A stretch of 64,000 nucleotides of DNA, from positions 2,271,373-2,335,372 of the forward strand of contig CAJINV010000009.1 in assembly GCA_905178155.1 (NCBI GenBank). Direction: 5' to 3'. Positions 25,044 to 38,700 of the stretch are shown here, piece by piece. The notes under the pieces are model-generated. The model saw only the letters and a program-made list of their open reading frames with translations, was not told the origin of the DNA and did not search any database. Origin of the DNA: Amoebophrya sp. A120 (Eukaryota; Protista; Dinoflagellata). The position numbers and the translations under genes were made by a program. The number at the start of each line of letters is the position of its first letter. The first letter of the stretch is position 1.

Positions 25044-28000
25044 CTACGTATACATGTAGCGGTAGCTTTCATTTGATTGCTGTTTTTGCGGCAAGAGCCA
25101 CTCTACATTTTTCCGCGTCAGCTTCACCGGCAGTGTGAGTTTGCGCTCCTTCTTCTTCTTTGATACACGACGGGATGAAGCAGAGGCGCTATGTCCGGCT
25201 TCGGTTGCAGGTGAAATAAAGGTCCCTGTTTTTGTATCAGCATGATCACCTTGCTCCTCGCTACTGCCAGCTGTTTCGTATTGCGTCCGACCGCTTCGGC
25301 TTTCCACAGTAAAAACCGCATCACCATCCTGGATTTCGTTGTCAGAAGATTGTTGGCCGTCCTCCGGATCCTCATCTTCATCTTCTTGCGTTGTGGTCGT
25401 CGCGACGCCACCCGCCTCGTCTCTCGACACACAACAAGATGCCGCTCCCGCTCCGCCTCCGGTGCCGTTCTGAAGACCCGCACAAGTTCTAGAAGAACTA
25501 CAGTGCTGAATCAGCCTCAACTTGTTCACTTTCAAGACGATGGCTTCCAGGGCTTGCTTTAACCCCCGAACCCCGCCGTCCTTGGAGCCGTGGTCCTGCG
25601 CAAGCCCATGCCGAAACGTGACGAAGCGCAGCTGGTCGAGATCTTCCAACAGTACGTCACCAGCATTCATGCCGACGTTCTTCAGCAAATCGGGCAACAG
25701 AAACTGCTGCGCGATTCGCAGCTGCTCTTTGGGATTGAACCCCTTAGTATTGATCACCGTCAACCGGTCGCGGAGCACCGGGTTCAGCTTGGTTTCATCG
25801 TTGAAGCTGAAAATGAACAGCGCGTTACTGAAGTCCAGCGGAACGCCGTCAAAGTAGCGGTCGGTAAAGCTCGCGTTCTGGCTGTGATCGGTCAAGTGCG
25901 TCAGCACCCCAACAATCTCCTCCCCACGGGGCGTATCAGAAACCTTGTCCAGCTCATCAAAAAAAATTATCGGGTCCATGCATTTGGTTTCCATCAGCAT
26001 ACCTGTTTTATTTCAGGGAAAAGTTCAAGATAAAAAAACAAAAAGTAGAAGTGGAAGAACATGATCAAATTTATAAAATTGAAATTAGAAAATATTCAAA
26101 TTAATTCACGAGGGCGAGCCGAGGGGCATACAGAGCTTGCATCAGATTCCCAGGGCAGACAAGCACCCACTACGTATGAGATTGTAAAGTGAAGACTCAG
26201 TACCAGCCAGGCGGCCCCAGGTGCTCCCCACGTAGGTGAAATGGTGTCCCTCGAGCAAAGCTGCGTCCGTGGCGCCTCCGAGCGAGATTTGTACAAAAGG
26301 TCGGGACAAGGCCTTAGCGATGCCTTTCCGACACAGTGTCGTCTTCCCATTCCCGGGCGGACCCTGGATTCCCAAGTTCAGGCACTGCGATTGCGGGTTG
26401 GCGATCCACTGGCATATCAGCTGCAGAATTTTCTCCTTCGCCTCGTCATGCCCGAACACAGCGGAGTCCAGCACGCTCTGTGTTTTTTGCAAGTACCTTC
26501 TGGTCTCGGCCTTTCCATTCGGGTGAAAAAGAACCGGAGGCGGCGTGAACTTTCCGAAGGGCAAAGCCAGTAAACCGTCGAGCCACTTCTTGGTCTTTTG
26601 TGCTTCGCCGGAGTTTGCGTCCACCTGCAGCGACTCCCACTTTTGTAGCGCGACCTGCTTCGCGCTGTCGGGCAAGCCATCCAAAAGAAGGATCCGAAAA
26701 CGGTTCGGAATGTTCTTCATGTTCTCCTGGAGCTCTGCGACACGCTGCACCTTATTTGCTGGCACAACACTGGAGCTGTTACTGCTACTCGAGCTACTTG
26801 AGCGCCCACCTATTCTGCACTTTCTCCTGCAGCTGTGTTTCTGATGAAGATCCGCCACCCCTTCATTGGAAGCGGAAGACGCACTGGCTGCCGTCCCATT
26901 ATTTGTCGAATGATCGGCGGAGCCTGAACAAAGACGATGTGGGTCTTCAACATCCTCGTCATCTGTCATCTCCTCACACACTTCATCTTCGTCTCCGAAG
27001 AAACTTCCTGTGTTTAAGAAACACGACGAGGTTGTCATTCTCTGCAGCTCTTTCAGCAAATGCTTCCTCCGGTCCGGATTTCTCAGGTTTTTCAAAAAAT
27101 TATCTTCCGTCTGGCTGAGACGATAGTCCAGCTTGCGCGTCTCCAAAATCTCCACCGCGATTGTAACGCGAGAGTTCCTGCTATCTTCGGTGAACGCTTT
27201 CGAAAGCCAGGATGCGCAGGAACTGTTCGTACTACTTGTGCCACGGCTACCAGGTCTTTTGAGGTTTGACAACTGATGCGACGTACTGGTAGCGGACGAC
27301 ATTTCGTCTTCAACCTTTGCGGCGGAGACGAACCCCCAGCTGTTTGACTTGTCGTGGAACTTTTCCAAGCGCTCGAAGCTGAGCTTTTTCCCCGAATTGC
27401 GGAAGTGGAACCTGCACTTCAGCTCCGAAAACTTCGGGGCTTCCAGGTAGAGCGAACACCATCCGTCTGCGGCGTCCGGCTTTCCGTTCAGATACAGCTT
27501 GAACCGCAAATCGTCGATCCCACCGAGCTATCAAATGTAAAAATGTCTGGGTCTGGAAGAATGCAACTTGTCATGCTGATTTTGGATTGTAAAAAAATCT
27601 GTATTGCATGAGCAGCAAAGAGAGTCCAAGTTTTGCTACACGGAAAGAGCATTTGTCATGCGGTATAGGCATCAGGTAGCCCTCACAACATCTGTGATGC
27701 TAGGGTATGCATCACAGACATCAGGAGTCATGCAAAACGTGCATGACAAACCTGGCAACCTTCCAGACCCAGACATTTTTACATTTGATACGAGCGAAAA
27801 ACGGTCGGAGAACATTGGCGTGTTCTATCAAAATGAAAAATCCCCCCTCCCCATATCAAACCGGAAACTTGTGATGCTGATTTGTGGCCACAAATCATCT
27901 TTGTCTTGCATATAGGGCCATAGGAGCCATCTGACGCATTCCAGAGCAAGTCTGTCATGCGCTTTCGACTACTGCAAACCTGTTTGCCATGCGCAGTTGC

Positions 28001-31000
28001 TAGCCTTCTGCATACCCAAACAGGCCCAGAAAATACCGCCAAGCACTTTCTACAAGACAAATCTGATTTGTGTACGCAAATCCAGCATCAGAGACTTCGC
28101 TTCGATATGGGGAGGGGGGATTTTTCCTCTCAATATGTTCTTCCCGAACTTTGCAAGTTTGTGACGCACGTTCCAAATGCTCCAGGTCGCCTGCAACTGC
28201 GGAAAGTATTCGTACTGCTGGTGACCTCCGCCGCCTCCGCTACTAGCCGCGGCCGCCTCGTGACTCTGTACCGTACTCACCTTCAGCTCCTCGTGTTCAT
28301 CGATTACGTCGAGAATCTCCACCGAAATCTCGACTTTGTCAGCGAATGCCGTCTCGCAATCCCGCTTGATTTTTCGCTGGATCGTCTTGGCCGCCTGTCT
28401 CGCCGCGAAACTCAGGTCGCTGCTGACAAACCGTGTGCGTGGTTTACTGGCCGCGTGCCTGGCCGTTGGGGGCGCCGAAGGCTCGGGTTGCGGTTGGTCG
28501 ACCACTGAAGTCGAGTCGTCCGGCGTGCTCATGCCACTATTGCCGCCGTCGTGGTTCTTGTTTTCGGCCGTCAAGCTCGCACACGTGGAGTTCGATGCAA
28601 GAGTCGTGCTTGCTTCCAAAACATCCTTCTCAAAACCTATTTTCGTTGCAACGTCAAGGTCGTGTACGCTGGCGACACTATCATGTTGTGTACCTCCAGT
28701 CCTGTGTTTTTCTCTACTTCTCGATCGGCTACTTGCTCGCTCAACTACATCTTGCTCTTTGTCCACACTGCGCCGACGTTTCGGTTTCTTTGTATTCGCG
28801 TATACAACGTACATGCGCTGGCCGCCGGCAGTCGGATCGTCTTCCATAACGACGACGGGTTTAATCGCAGGAGGCGATGCGGGTAAGTCCGAGTCGAAGG
28901 TGGACTGTCCTGTGGTGTCACATTCTTGCTCCCGAACGAAACTTGTCGAATTTGAGGAGCGAGTGGAACTTGGGCCAGAGGCTGTTGTTGAGGACACACA
29001 ACTCGTGACGTGCTCAGTCGTTTCTACTAGAGAACCTCGCAAATCGTCAGTCGTTGCGCTGACGTCGTTGCCACCTCCACCAGCTCCAGTGGCCGTCCAA
29101 AAGCGTTCCTGCTCCGTTCCTGCCCGCTCGCAATCGGTTGGCTGGATCTCATCTTGGAGCTCAACTCCCATACTGCTTTCCAACGTCTCCTGAAGTGCGT
29201 CGAGAGAATGCAAAACTTTCTCCGTTTTGCCTACCCGCAACTTCACTCGGAGCCGCGGTCTGTGACATCCCCTGGTCTTGCTTCGTATTAATCCTTTGGT
29301 TATCGCACTGTTATCGGAGGACGAGGTGGACGATGAGAAGTTGTGGACGAGGTCTTCTTGGTCGCAGAGCGCTGGAACTTCCAAAGCGACTCTGCACAGG
29401 CCGTGACCTTGTTGGCTCCGGTGACACCATGTAGAAGTGTCCGTCGCGTGCTTCCGACTGGAAGAGCTCGACGACGCACTGGATCTATTGGCATTGCTCC
29501 CTCCACACGTTTGACCTTGTAGTGTACCACCAACATGCAGCGATGGAGACGTCGCACTACCATCCGGACCTCTAGAACATCCCGGATTCAGCACCAATCG
29601 CAACCCTTTCATGCCGAACAAGGTGAAAGGCGGCGAGACCAGTTTCAGTTGGTCTTGGCTTGTTGTGACCACTTTGGGTTCTCTTGCGTCGCAATTGTTG
29701 ATGCCGCCATGAGTACCAGTTGCACCCGAGAAATCACTTTGCAGCTTGTCCTTCATGCCGTAAATGGTCCAGATGGCTTTTTGCTCCTGCACTATTTCGA
29801 CATACTGGTCAGGCGGAGAACAAGCAGTGGTGAATGCGTCTTCGTATGGCAGTTCGTGTGTGCGGCCACTGCAATTCGAGGGACCACGTGCGCGCTCCAC
29901 TTCTCTCTCGTCACAGCTTGAACTCTCGTTCTGCCGCACCGCTTCTGCAGCTCCAGAAACCCCACACGACGTTTGTGCACCTGCTGTTGTATCAGCAAGC
30001 GAGCTCTTTGAGTACCCGACCAATTGGTAGGGGCGTAACGACTGAGACTGCAGGCCCGGCGCTGCTCCGACCGTCTGTTGACCTGCAACATCTACTCTAC
30101 CTGAGGAAGCAACAGGACATGATGCAGACGACGAACTGCTGGATGACACACCAGCGGACAACGTACCGACCGCGCTGCCTGGAGGCACCCCCGCCCGGTG
30201 ATTCCCGGCGTTTTCTCCAATTCCGCTGGCTGAATGCGGCGGTGCGATATGCACATCGGAGCTTGAGGTAATTCGAACGCCAGGAGGCCTGGTGTCGTGA
30301 TGAACCACCTGCTGCGTCGTCCCCGCCTTTGCATCCGAAAAACCAGCACAGTCGTCCTCATCTTCGTGATCGGGCGTTGGCTTAGAGTACGTGCTGTTCC
30401 TTCCTATCTCCGGAACGTCCGTGCAGTTGTACGTGTTGTAATACTGATCGTAGTGTTCGTCATTTTGCTGGTGGTACGCGTAATCGCTCCACGCGAATTG
30501 GTGATGCTGCCCGTACTCGTTCTTGTAATCGTGCTCGTGGTACAGCTCCATGTGCGTATGATCGTTGTGTCGATCCTCCATTCCTCCACTGTATTTGCGC
30601 TCCACTACGGAAGTAGGCTCCTGCTGGAAGAACCTGCTCGTGTTGTACTGCTCATCGTGATGATAGCCAGAGCGAAAAAAGTTTTCTTTACTTTCAACAC
30701 TGGCAGCATCACGATCCGCGGCACAACTACTGCTCCCCGCGCGTGCCTGCATGGTAGGATCGTAAGCGGCACTCTTCGAAGATGTCGACGTCCCCACAGG
30801 CTGGTCTTCAATTATGGGCACGACGTCACTAGCCGACCCGCAGCGACTCCTGGCCCCCGGTACGAACGCCAGTGCGTCGGAGCTCATCAGGTGGGAGGAC
30901 GAGGACGCCGTCGCGGCCGCGGCCCTTTTGATAGAGGAGTTTCGCGATGTGGTGCTCAACGGACGGTCCTGCAAACTGCTTGCCTCCAGTAACATCTGCC

Positions 31001-31902
31001 GTGAGTGCTCGTGGTCGTGCAAGTGCCAGTACCAGGTGGGCGACGAACCATTCTCATCTTGCACTTGCAGCTCGAACTCACTGATTTCTTCCAGATTCTT
31101 GGATGGACCTGCGAGCAGCCCTGAGGTAGAGGTATCGTGTTGATGTTGGACCCATTCTTGAAATTTTGCTCATTCTTCTTAGAAGAAGTGGCAAAAACAC
31201 ACCCGTGCTAGTTGCGGAATGTCAGTAAGCGCACTGCAGCAAGAACAGACGAGCTGCTCGTGCTCGTGATGCAGATGCAAAAGCTATTCTTATATAGTAA
31301 GCAAATTCGTCCGTTGCAGTCAATCGAAAAAAGAACTAAAAGCTACCTCCAGCTTCGAGGTGGTCTCCTCTCGGACTAGGGAACGGCGACGTCGCACTTC
31401 GTACATGCAGCTCTAGCTCCACTGGAGAAGACTGAAAGAGATCTTCCAAGATGTCGTCGGGAAACAACCTGGCACCCTCGTGTGTCAGGTAGTAGTTTTT
31501 CCTGCCCTGGTTGTCGATGCATCCTGGCATTGCAGTCGAGGAGCTTGTGCTACTCGTTCTCGATGGGATGCCCTCGCGATTTGCTCCCGCACCAGAGCCA
31601 CTCCATATCGGCGCGGCGCCGCTATCAAGAAAGTCAACATCGTGAGCAAAAGCCGAAGGTAGCTCGTCTACGCAGCTCGCTGCCCGCTTCTTCACCTCGG
31701 ATAAGAGCGTTGCCACCGTGGTGCTTGTCGCGTCGCGGATTGGAACTGCGAGAATCAGTGGATTGCCAATAGCAATATCTTCACTTTCGGATCCCTTGCT
31801 TGCGCAGCCGGAAGGCAGCTGCGGAGAAGACGCCGTATGATTTGCCGTGTCATCATTATCTGTACGGGCTCCCACTACCCGAACACGGCATAAGAGGCGC
31901 AT
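25044..31902 (-). CDS. Large multi-exon protein: possible N-terminal ubiquitin-like domain, low-complexity region, two MATH-like domains, Lon-type AAA+ ATPase without protease domain
   Basis: VFGHDEAKEKILQ, Walker A GPPGNGKT, ISLGGATD..LEGHHFTYVGSTWG, Walker B IIFFDELDKV, LRDRL, GGVRGLK; GT-AG intron 26003-26203; two introners; linkage of exon 31902-~31347 is inferred. Confidence 0.8.
27529..27790. mobile_element. Introner family A, 262 bp
   Basis: Same TIR as 21979; CGAGC duplicated at 27524-27528 and 27791-27795; removal gives FSL-GGIDDLRF. Confidence 0.95.
27826..28135. mobile_element. Introner family B, 310 bp
   Basis: TAT...ATA ends; perfect 23-bp IR gaaaaatcccccctccccatatc (27835-27857 / 28104-28126); TGTTC duplicated; removal gives KFGKN-TPMFSD. 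Confidence 0.9.
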
Positions 31903-32710
31903 CGTGCTTCGCCTTGAGAGCAGCTGCAGCTCGTGCTATTGCCAAACTAGGGCGGGTTGGATTTTCAAATGGATGCAACAAAGGACAACGAGAATACTCG
32001 TCCTGTGAAGACAGTCCGAAATAAAACGACTCGCACTCCTTCCTTGTTGTAGTACGCACGGGATCGGGAACGAGGACGAGAACAAGGAAAATAACAGACA
32101 ACGAGCAACCCGATTAAAACACACTCAGACTGCGATGAACTCGACTCAGCAGGTACGATCTAAGCAACGAAAACTGGCTTCATCATGTTGTGAAGTCATC
32201 GAATCGATGAAAAAAAACATGCGCACTTGCACCACACACAGACACAATCGAAGACGAAGTCACAAATTACCAGGGAGAAGCATGAAGACTACGAAGAGAA
32301 GTCTTCTTGATGATGACACTGCTCAGCTGTCAAGAAAGAAAAATTCAAACCACGAACGCCATGTTTTTGAGTATCTTCTTTCAAAGCCAAATGCTGTGCA
32401 ATGAAGAGAAGCATGGTACTAGGAGTATGACTTGCCCTTGCGCAGCATATGTCCTTACGCTATGCCTGTGAGAACGCGATGACGATGACGACACCGTGGT
32501 TGCGTAATGTCGACGGTTAACCACATTGCTGTATGTTCCTGAAGAGCAAGAGGACCGGACAAAAGTTCTCACTTGAGGCGCGCATCTTTGCATGTTGTCT
32601 GTACCCACAATGAAAATGACTCACATTTGAAGAGTGAAAGAGCAAGAGCTCGTCAATCATCTTTTTGTTTCACTTGTTCTGTATTTGCACGACTCGTCGC
32701 GATGTCTATG

Positions 32711-35700
32711 TCACAGCGTATGGTATGTGTTCGCGAAAGACTCATCTAAACTTGCATTTGTTCTGAGTGATTCCGCTGATGTCACCGGCACGGGTCCGCT
32801 TGATAAAACGAAAGCAGTGTTTGCCGCAGCGACCGCGGAGCTAAAGTTCCCCCCCATCGCAGTAGTTGCCGCTCCGCTGGTTGTACTCGACGAACCGGTG
32901 CCCGATCTAAAAACGAATCCTGCATTGCTACTCTTTCCTGTGCCTGCTCCCTCGACGCCCAGCTTCGGAGGCACGTAGGAACCACCGGTTTGCTGTTGAC
33001 CGCTGCCATTTCGCCTCCTGGCTTGGGCCTGGTCCTGCTCCAAAACCATAGGTAGATGGTAGGCGTCCGGCGAAGCATTTCCATCTAGCGTGGTTTCGTC
33101 CAAAAACAGGTCGTCGTCCACGGACGAACGACCACGCCGTCCGCACACCGCTACGGAAACGCGGTCCCAAAAGTAAAACAGCCGTCTGTAAACGTAGTTC
33201 TTCCGCCAGTTGGAGATTCCGAGGCAACGCCCCAGGAAAAAAACCACCAGGAGGTAGATGCAAAAAATCTTGAACAGCCCCACGATTACCGTCATGGAGA
33301 ACGACCTCGGTGCGCCGACATCTGCCTCCGAAGAAGAAACGCCCACTCCCGTGAGCAAGTCGCTGGCGGGGAACCGCAGGGGCTTGCTTAGCGCTTTCGT
33401 CTTTGTGTTCATCACAACGGCGGCGACACTCGCCCAAGACTTCAGATTCGATGCCACTTGTGGCTGCTGCAGTAGATCCTGCAACGGGATGGTCGTTGCA
33501 CTACCATCCTTAGAACTCGACTCCCCGCTCTGCTCCAACGGCGGCTGCAGCACCAGCAGCGACCCTCTGGAGAAGAAGACCTGTGCAGCGGTGTCGCGCC
33601 GCGCAAGAAGATTGTTTTGCGATCGGAGGAGTGGCCGTGGATTAGCGTCCCACCGCTTTTCTTCCAGCACTGCAGCGAGTAGTGTCTCAAAGCCGCACCG
33701 CGTTTCCGGTCGAAGGTTGGTGGTCTGGGCGTTGTCAGGGTCCAACAGTACCAGCATGTCGTATTGTGGTGAATCCGCTGCGGACGACTGGTATTGAAAA
33801 GCCCCGTACTTGTCGAGCTGCAGGTCGAATCTACTGCCTGAACTAGAAGACTGCTCTGCTCCGGACAATTTCAACGAAATTTCGTAACTTGGTTGCAGGG
33901 TTTGAGACAACACGCTGTCCGAAAAGATCGTGGACGAACTCGTTGCTTCAGCATCCGACGAAGAGGACGACGCAGAATTTGTATTTGAGGCGGACGCGGA
34001 CGCGGAGGGCTGCATGACTCCACCAGCTCCAGTGTCGTCCCCTTCTTGCCTAGCTTCCCGCACGGCGACGTACTCCGTCTTGCCGCCCAGTACTGTGCTC
34101 CAAGAGAAGGAACCTCTCGTCGCTGACGCAGCGTCGTCGTGCTCCACGTTCAGATTCTCCACTGTCGCTCCCGTCGCTACCACTACTCGACCATAACACA
34201 CGTCGACTCGCAAGACCCGGTCGTTGTCCGTCGACAGCGAAAAGGGTTTTATTACACTCACCGGAGCCAGCTGCATCACCTTGTTGGCTGTCATTTTCGC
34301 AGCGTCCTCGACTTTGTTCTTCGCGTTTTGCACCGAATCCTCAACACTTGTCTTCAAGTCGTCCACTTTCGTTTCCACCGCCTCCTTCGCAGCTTCAAGG
34401 TTGTCCGCGACGGTTTCAACCGCTTTCGCGGCAGCTGCACCGAGGCTACTTTTTCCCTCACCCGAGTTGACATCAGCGCTTTTTTGCATCGCCAGCGCTG
34501 TTTTCATGTCCTCCTCTTCCTTCTTCTTCAACTCCGGCGACATGGTTTCCGCCGGGGCCTTGTTTGCTGGTAGGTCTACGTGATAGAAGTCCGGCGATGC
34601 GAGCCCGAAATCGTCATCGCGGTCGTCAAATGTGACCAGCTGCGGCGGTGCGTCAAGCACCAGCTTCACGGGCTTCACGTCTTTTGTGGTAGAGGAAAAG
34701 CTGTCAAAGAAGTTTTTACTTTTCACTTGAACCGTGTATTGCAGGCTCTTCAAATTAGCCTGCTGCGCACTGCAGCGGTTCTCGACCCGGATGCGCAGCC
34801 ATCGCTGTCTGTACTGGAAAACGAGGTAGGCTGGCAGCGTGGCGGTGAGCGATTTTGTCGCCGACGTCTTTGGCGACTCTTTTATTCGAATTTGCTCGGC
34901 TAGTTGCAGGTTTTGATCGGCCGCGGCTTGCGCTGCTGCGCCTCTCTCGTTGGCCGGCTCCTCGTCCTCATCGTCGGTCGGAAGTACGGAGAACCCCATA
35001 GAGACACAGGACAGCGTGCTTGCTAGAGCCGAAGCAGTTGCGGCGGTCGAGTCGTCCAGTGTCAGCTCGATTTGCAGAGCCTTCAGCAGAAAATTCGCCG
35101 TCGGGAAAAGGAAGAAACGGTAGTAGGTGGTCCCCGGCAGAAAGTCGTTTTTGTTCGTGTACTCCGACGCAACTACAGTGCCAACGTTCGCAGACGCGAG
35201 GGCAAAAATCCGGTCCATGACCTGCTGCCCATCGCGCAAGACCACGTCGTTGCTCCTCTGTGAAAACAGTACCACGCTCGCGGACGTTGCCTCGGACCCT
35301 GACGTGCTAGTACTGTCCGCGAGGCTGACGTGCACGCGAAGGTCCTGAATTACGTCCAGTAAATCCGGAGGCGGCTTCATCACGTCAACGGCTGCGAACC
35401 GTGTCACGGTTCTGTTGGGAAGACACACGAGCGGAGTAAAGAGTTTTTTCTCCGGCGTGTCAACATCCCCTGGGGTCGAAGATGATCCCATGATACCTCC
35501 TACTGCAAGGCTCTTCAACGACGACAGGATTGCACCACTGGTGGTCTGCGAGGACGAACTAGATTGGCCGTCTCCACTCAAGGCGGCCTTGAGCTTGTCG
35601 CTGTCAGCGTCCTCTCCTGTGGTGCTCGGAGCAGCTGTTGTTCCTACTGCGTCCGAATTGTCGCCGACAGTAGCGCCAGCTGATCTACCCCAATCATAGA

Positions 35701-38700
35701 CTATTGCAGCGCTACTGGCATCACCTGACAAATCCGAATGATCCGCAGCTAGGCCGGCGGTCCCAGCAATTTGAATTTGAGGCACCAGTGTGATTCCGTT
35801 TTTAGCGTTACTGCCGAAGGAATCATCGCGGAGGTAAGCTTGAAAGCACACCTGTACTGGACCGCCATTACTCACCCGCAATCGGAAGCGCGTTCGGGTA
35901 CTTGATAGTCCCTCCGCGATTTTGAACGTCTTTTTCACCAAGGCACTGCTGCTAGTCGAAGAAGAAGTAGCCGCTGCATCTTCTGCTGACAGAAAGATCT
36001 CCGTCGGCGCACCATCCAGAAGTGTCGCGACCGTGTTCTTGGCCGATGCTGTGAGGGAATACGCACTCGGCGTGTCCTCCCTTGCGAAAACGATCACGCG
36101 TGCCTTTTTCGTTTGCTCTGGGCCTATCGATGTTGGTGTCCCAGGTAGAACAGACGTGATAGCGTTCTCCACTGCTGCCGCAGCTGTGGAGAGCGAGGAG
36201 GGTGCGACTGCAAACAGCCGCAAGGCGCTCCGGCCGGACACAGTATCGGTCCGAAGGTCACAATGATGAGCTGCGATTGAATCCATTTCGTTCTGGCTTG
36301 CATCTGCAGCATCCTTGTTCTCAGCTGCAGAAGATCCGTACTTCACACAGAGATCCACTCCGCCAGCTAAGACGTTAAGTTGCAGGTCGATGCCATTCGC
36401 ACCGCTGTTACGGAAATCAAGCGGATCTACGGAAAAAAAGTTCAAAAACTGCGGCCGCACTGCCCCCGAGACCGTAGCACCGTCTTGCAAAGGACTGACA
36501 AATCGGGTCCCCCGCGCCGTCAGGCGACAATGGGCCGAAGGTGAGGCCTTTGTTGACGTTTCACCCGCATCCATCTGCTTTTCCGCGCTGGCAGCCTTTA
36601 CGCTGATGAAAAGCTTCATGGGAACGACTGGCACGCCACTCTTCGAGGCAGGTGCTGCTGCTGTTCCTGTTGATGCGTCTGCTGCTGAGCCGGCGTCCAA
36701 GACCCCGGAGGCCACATTTGTCTCTGCCGCGGCGATGTTCGCTGCCTCGGTCAAAACCGGCGACCCGGGCGTCAGTAGAACCGCATCATCTGCATAGGGT
36801 GTCGCTGCCACGCCATCGGCCGTTGGATCGCTGGCAACATCATCGAAGGCCGAAATCTTGACGCGGCACCGGCCTTCCAAGTGCTCCAACCCGACCACTA
36901 TTCCCTCGTCGCGCTTGTCGACTTCAAATTTGAAAACACTCGCAGTGTCTGCTGATGACGTGACAACATCTTGCGAAACACCTTCTCGCAAAACGAGATG
37001 CTTCTGCAGCGCGTTGCTCGTCGCAGTGATGTCTCCTGCATCGACGGGAAGATTTGATCCGTCGTCGCCGTCTTTCGGAGAAAACGCCGCCCCTTTCGCC
37101 GGTGACACATCCGTCCCCGCGCTGTTTGGAGAGTTGAATGTTGCGGAAATCGTAAACTCTGCCGCCTGGTCTTTCAGAGGATTATCGCTCTTGCCGCGTT
37201 CTCCGTCTTCGGGAAACCAAGCGAACGTCGACACGTACACAAAACACAGCTTGCGGTGGACCATGCCCCCGTACTTGCACACGCGGTGCAGGGGCGAGAG
37301 CACGATGGTTTCGTCCACCCCGGCGTCCTCCTGAGCCCCGCTCTTCCAGCGGTACGCCCGCGGGTCGCGCGCGAAGTGTCGGACGTCCGCGACCAGGTAA
37401 GTCCGGGCGTGGTTCTCGCCGTGCGTGGAGAGTGTCAAAGCGTAGTTCGGGTTTTGCGTAGCAACGCTAGTCGGCGGGGGCACGAAGATGCGGAAGTCCT
37501 GCCAGTGGTTCGACTGAATCGTGGCGGTGACCGGCTTGCCAGGCTCCAGTGTGATCATTTCGGACGCTGACACGACCAGCAGCTCGAAAAAGTAGATGGT
37601 GCCGGGCGTTTTGGATTCGTCTCCCGTCGGATTTTTCTTTGCAACACCACCGAGCAGGTTTTCATCCGCCGCCACGGTCGTCGACGACTCACTACTGGAG
37701 GTTTTGTCCAGTTTTGCTCCTCCCTCCAGGCACACATCGATCTCCAACTGATTGCTCATCTGCACCGGGCCGCTTTCGGTCATGGAAGCGCTGGTGGTCG
37801 AACCGCTCAAAGCGGCCAGTTCAGTGCGCGAGATGTCCAGTTTCGCGCCCAGATAGCTGCCGGCGGGGATCTGGTCAGCAGAGGTTTCCGACGTCTTGGA
37901 GGCGGAGGACGAGGAAGTGCCACTGCCAAAGACCGAAGACCACGATTTCTTGATGGTTGACGAAACAGCTGACATTACGCTTTCTCCTTCCGCAATGGCA
38001 GCGGAGGCAGCGGCGCCAACGGCACTGGTTTTGGTGGATGACAGAGCAGTAGACAAGGAGGGTGAAGAATCTGCTGACCACAAATCGGGCGCCGCTTTTG
38101 CTCTGAGATGCCAAGTGGTGGCTACTTTCGAAGATGCAACCGCGGAACTTCCAGCTGTGCTGCTTGCAAAGTCGTTGCTGTCGTCTGTCACGAGCGAAAT
38201 CGTCAGATCCGTCGCTGCGTGGAAAAGCGTGGAGTACCGAATGGGCGCACAGACTTTCGCCGTCGGTGCAACATCCGCGGGAACTTCGATATATCCCCTG
38301 GCAGGAACGCCGTGCGGAACCAATCGCGCAGCGATTGGCGCCGCTTCGGCTTGGTTCTGTCCGTCTGATACCTTGTTTTCACTGTTTGCTGCAGCCAAAG
38401 CGAGCGCAGCGCTCTCCGGGTTAGCAGTGACGGTGAGCACCATTGCGGGAGTGTACTGCATATCGCTATCACCGTCGACTGGTGCAACGTTTCCTGCGAT
38501 TTTCGATGATGGAGCAGCAGCTCCTGTAATCATATCGCTGTTGACTAACTGGTCCTCTATCGACAACAGCAGCTCCTCCCGTCGTGAGGAGGTTACTCCG
38601 TCCTTCGATTCAGACTTCTCGTGGTCCGCCACTGACGTCGGTAGAGTCAACTTCCAGACCCGATTGCCCTGAAAATCCAGCGGATAAGACGCAAGCGGAT

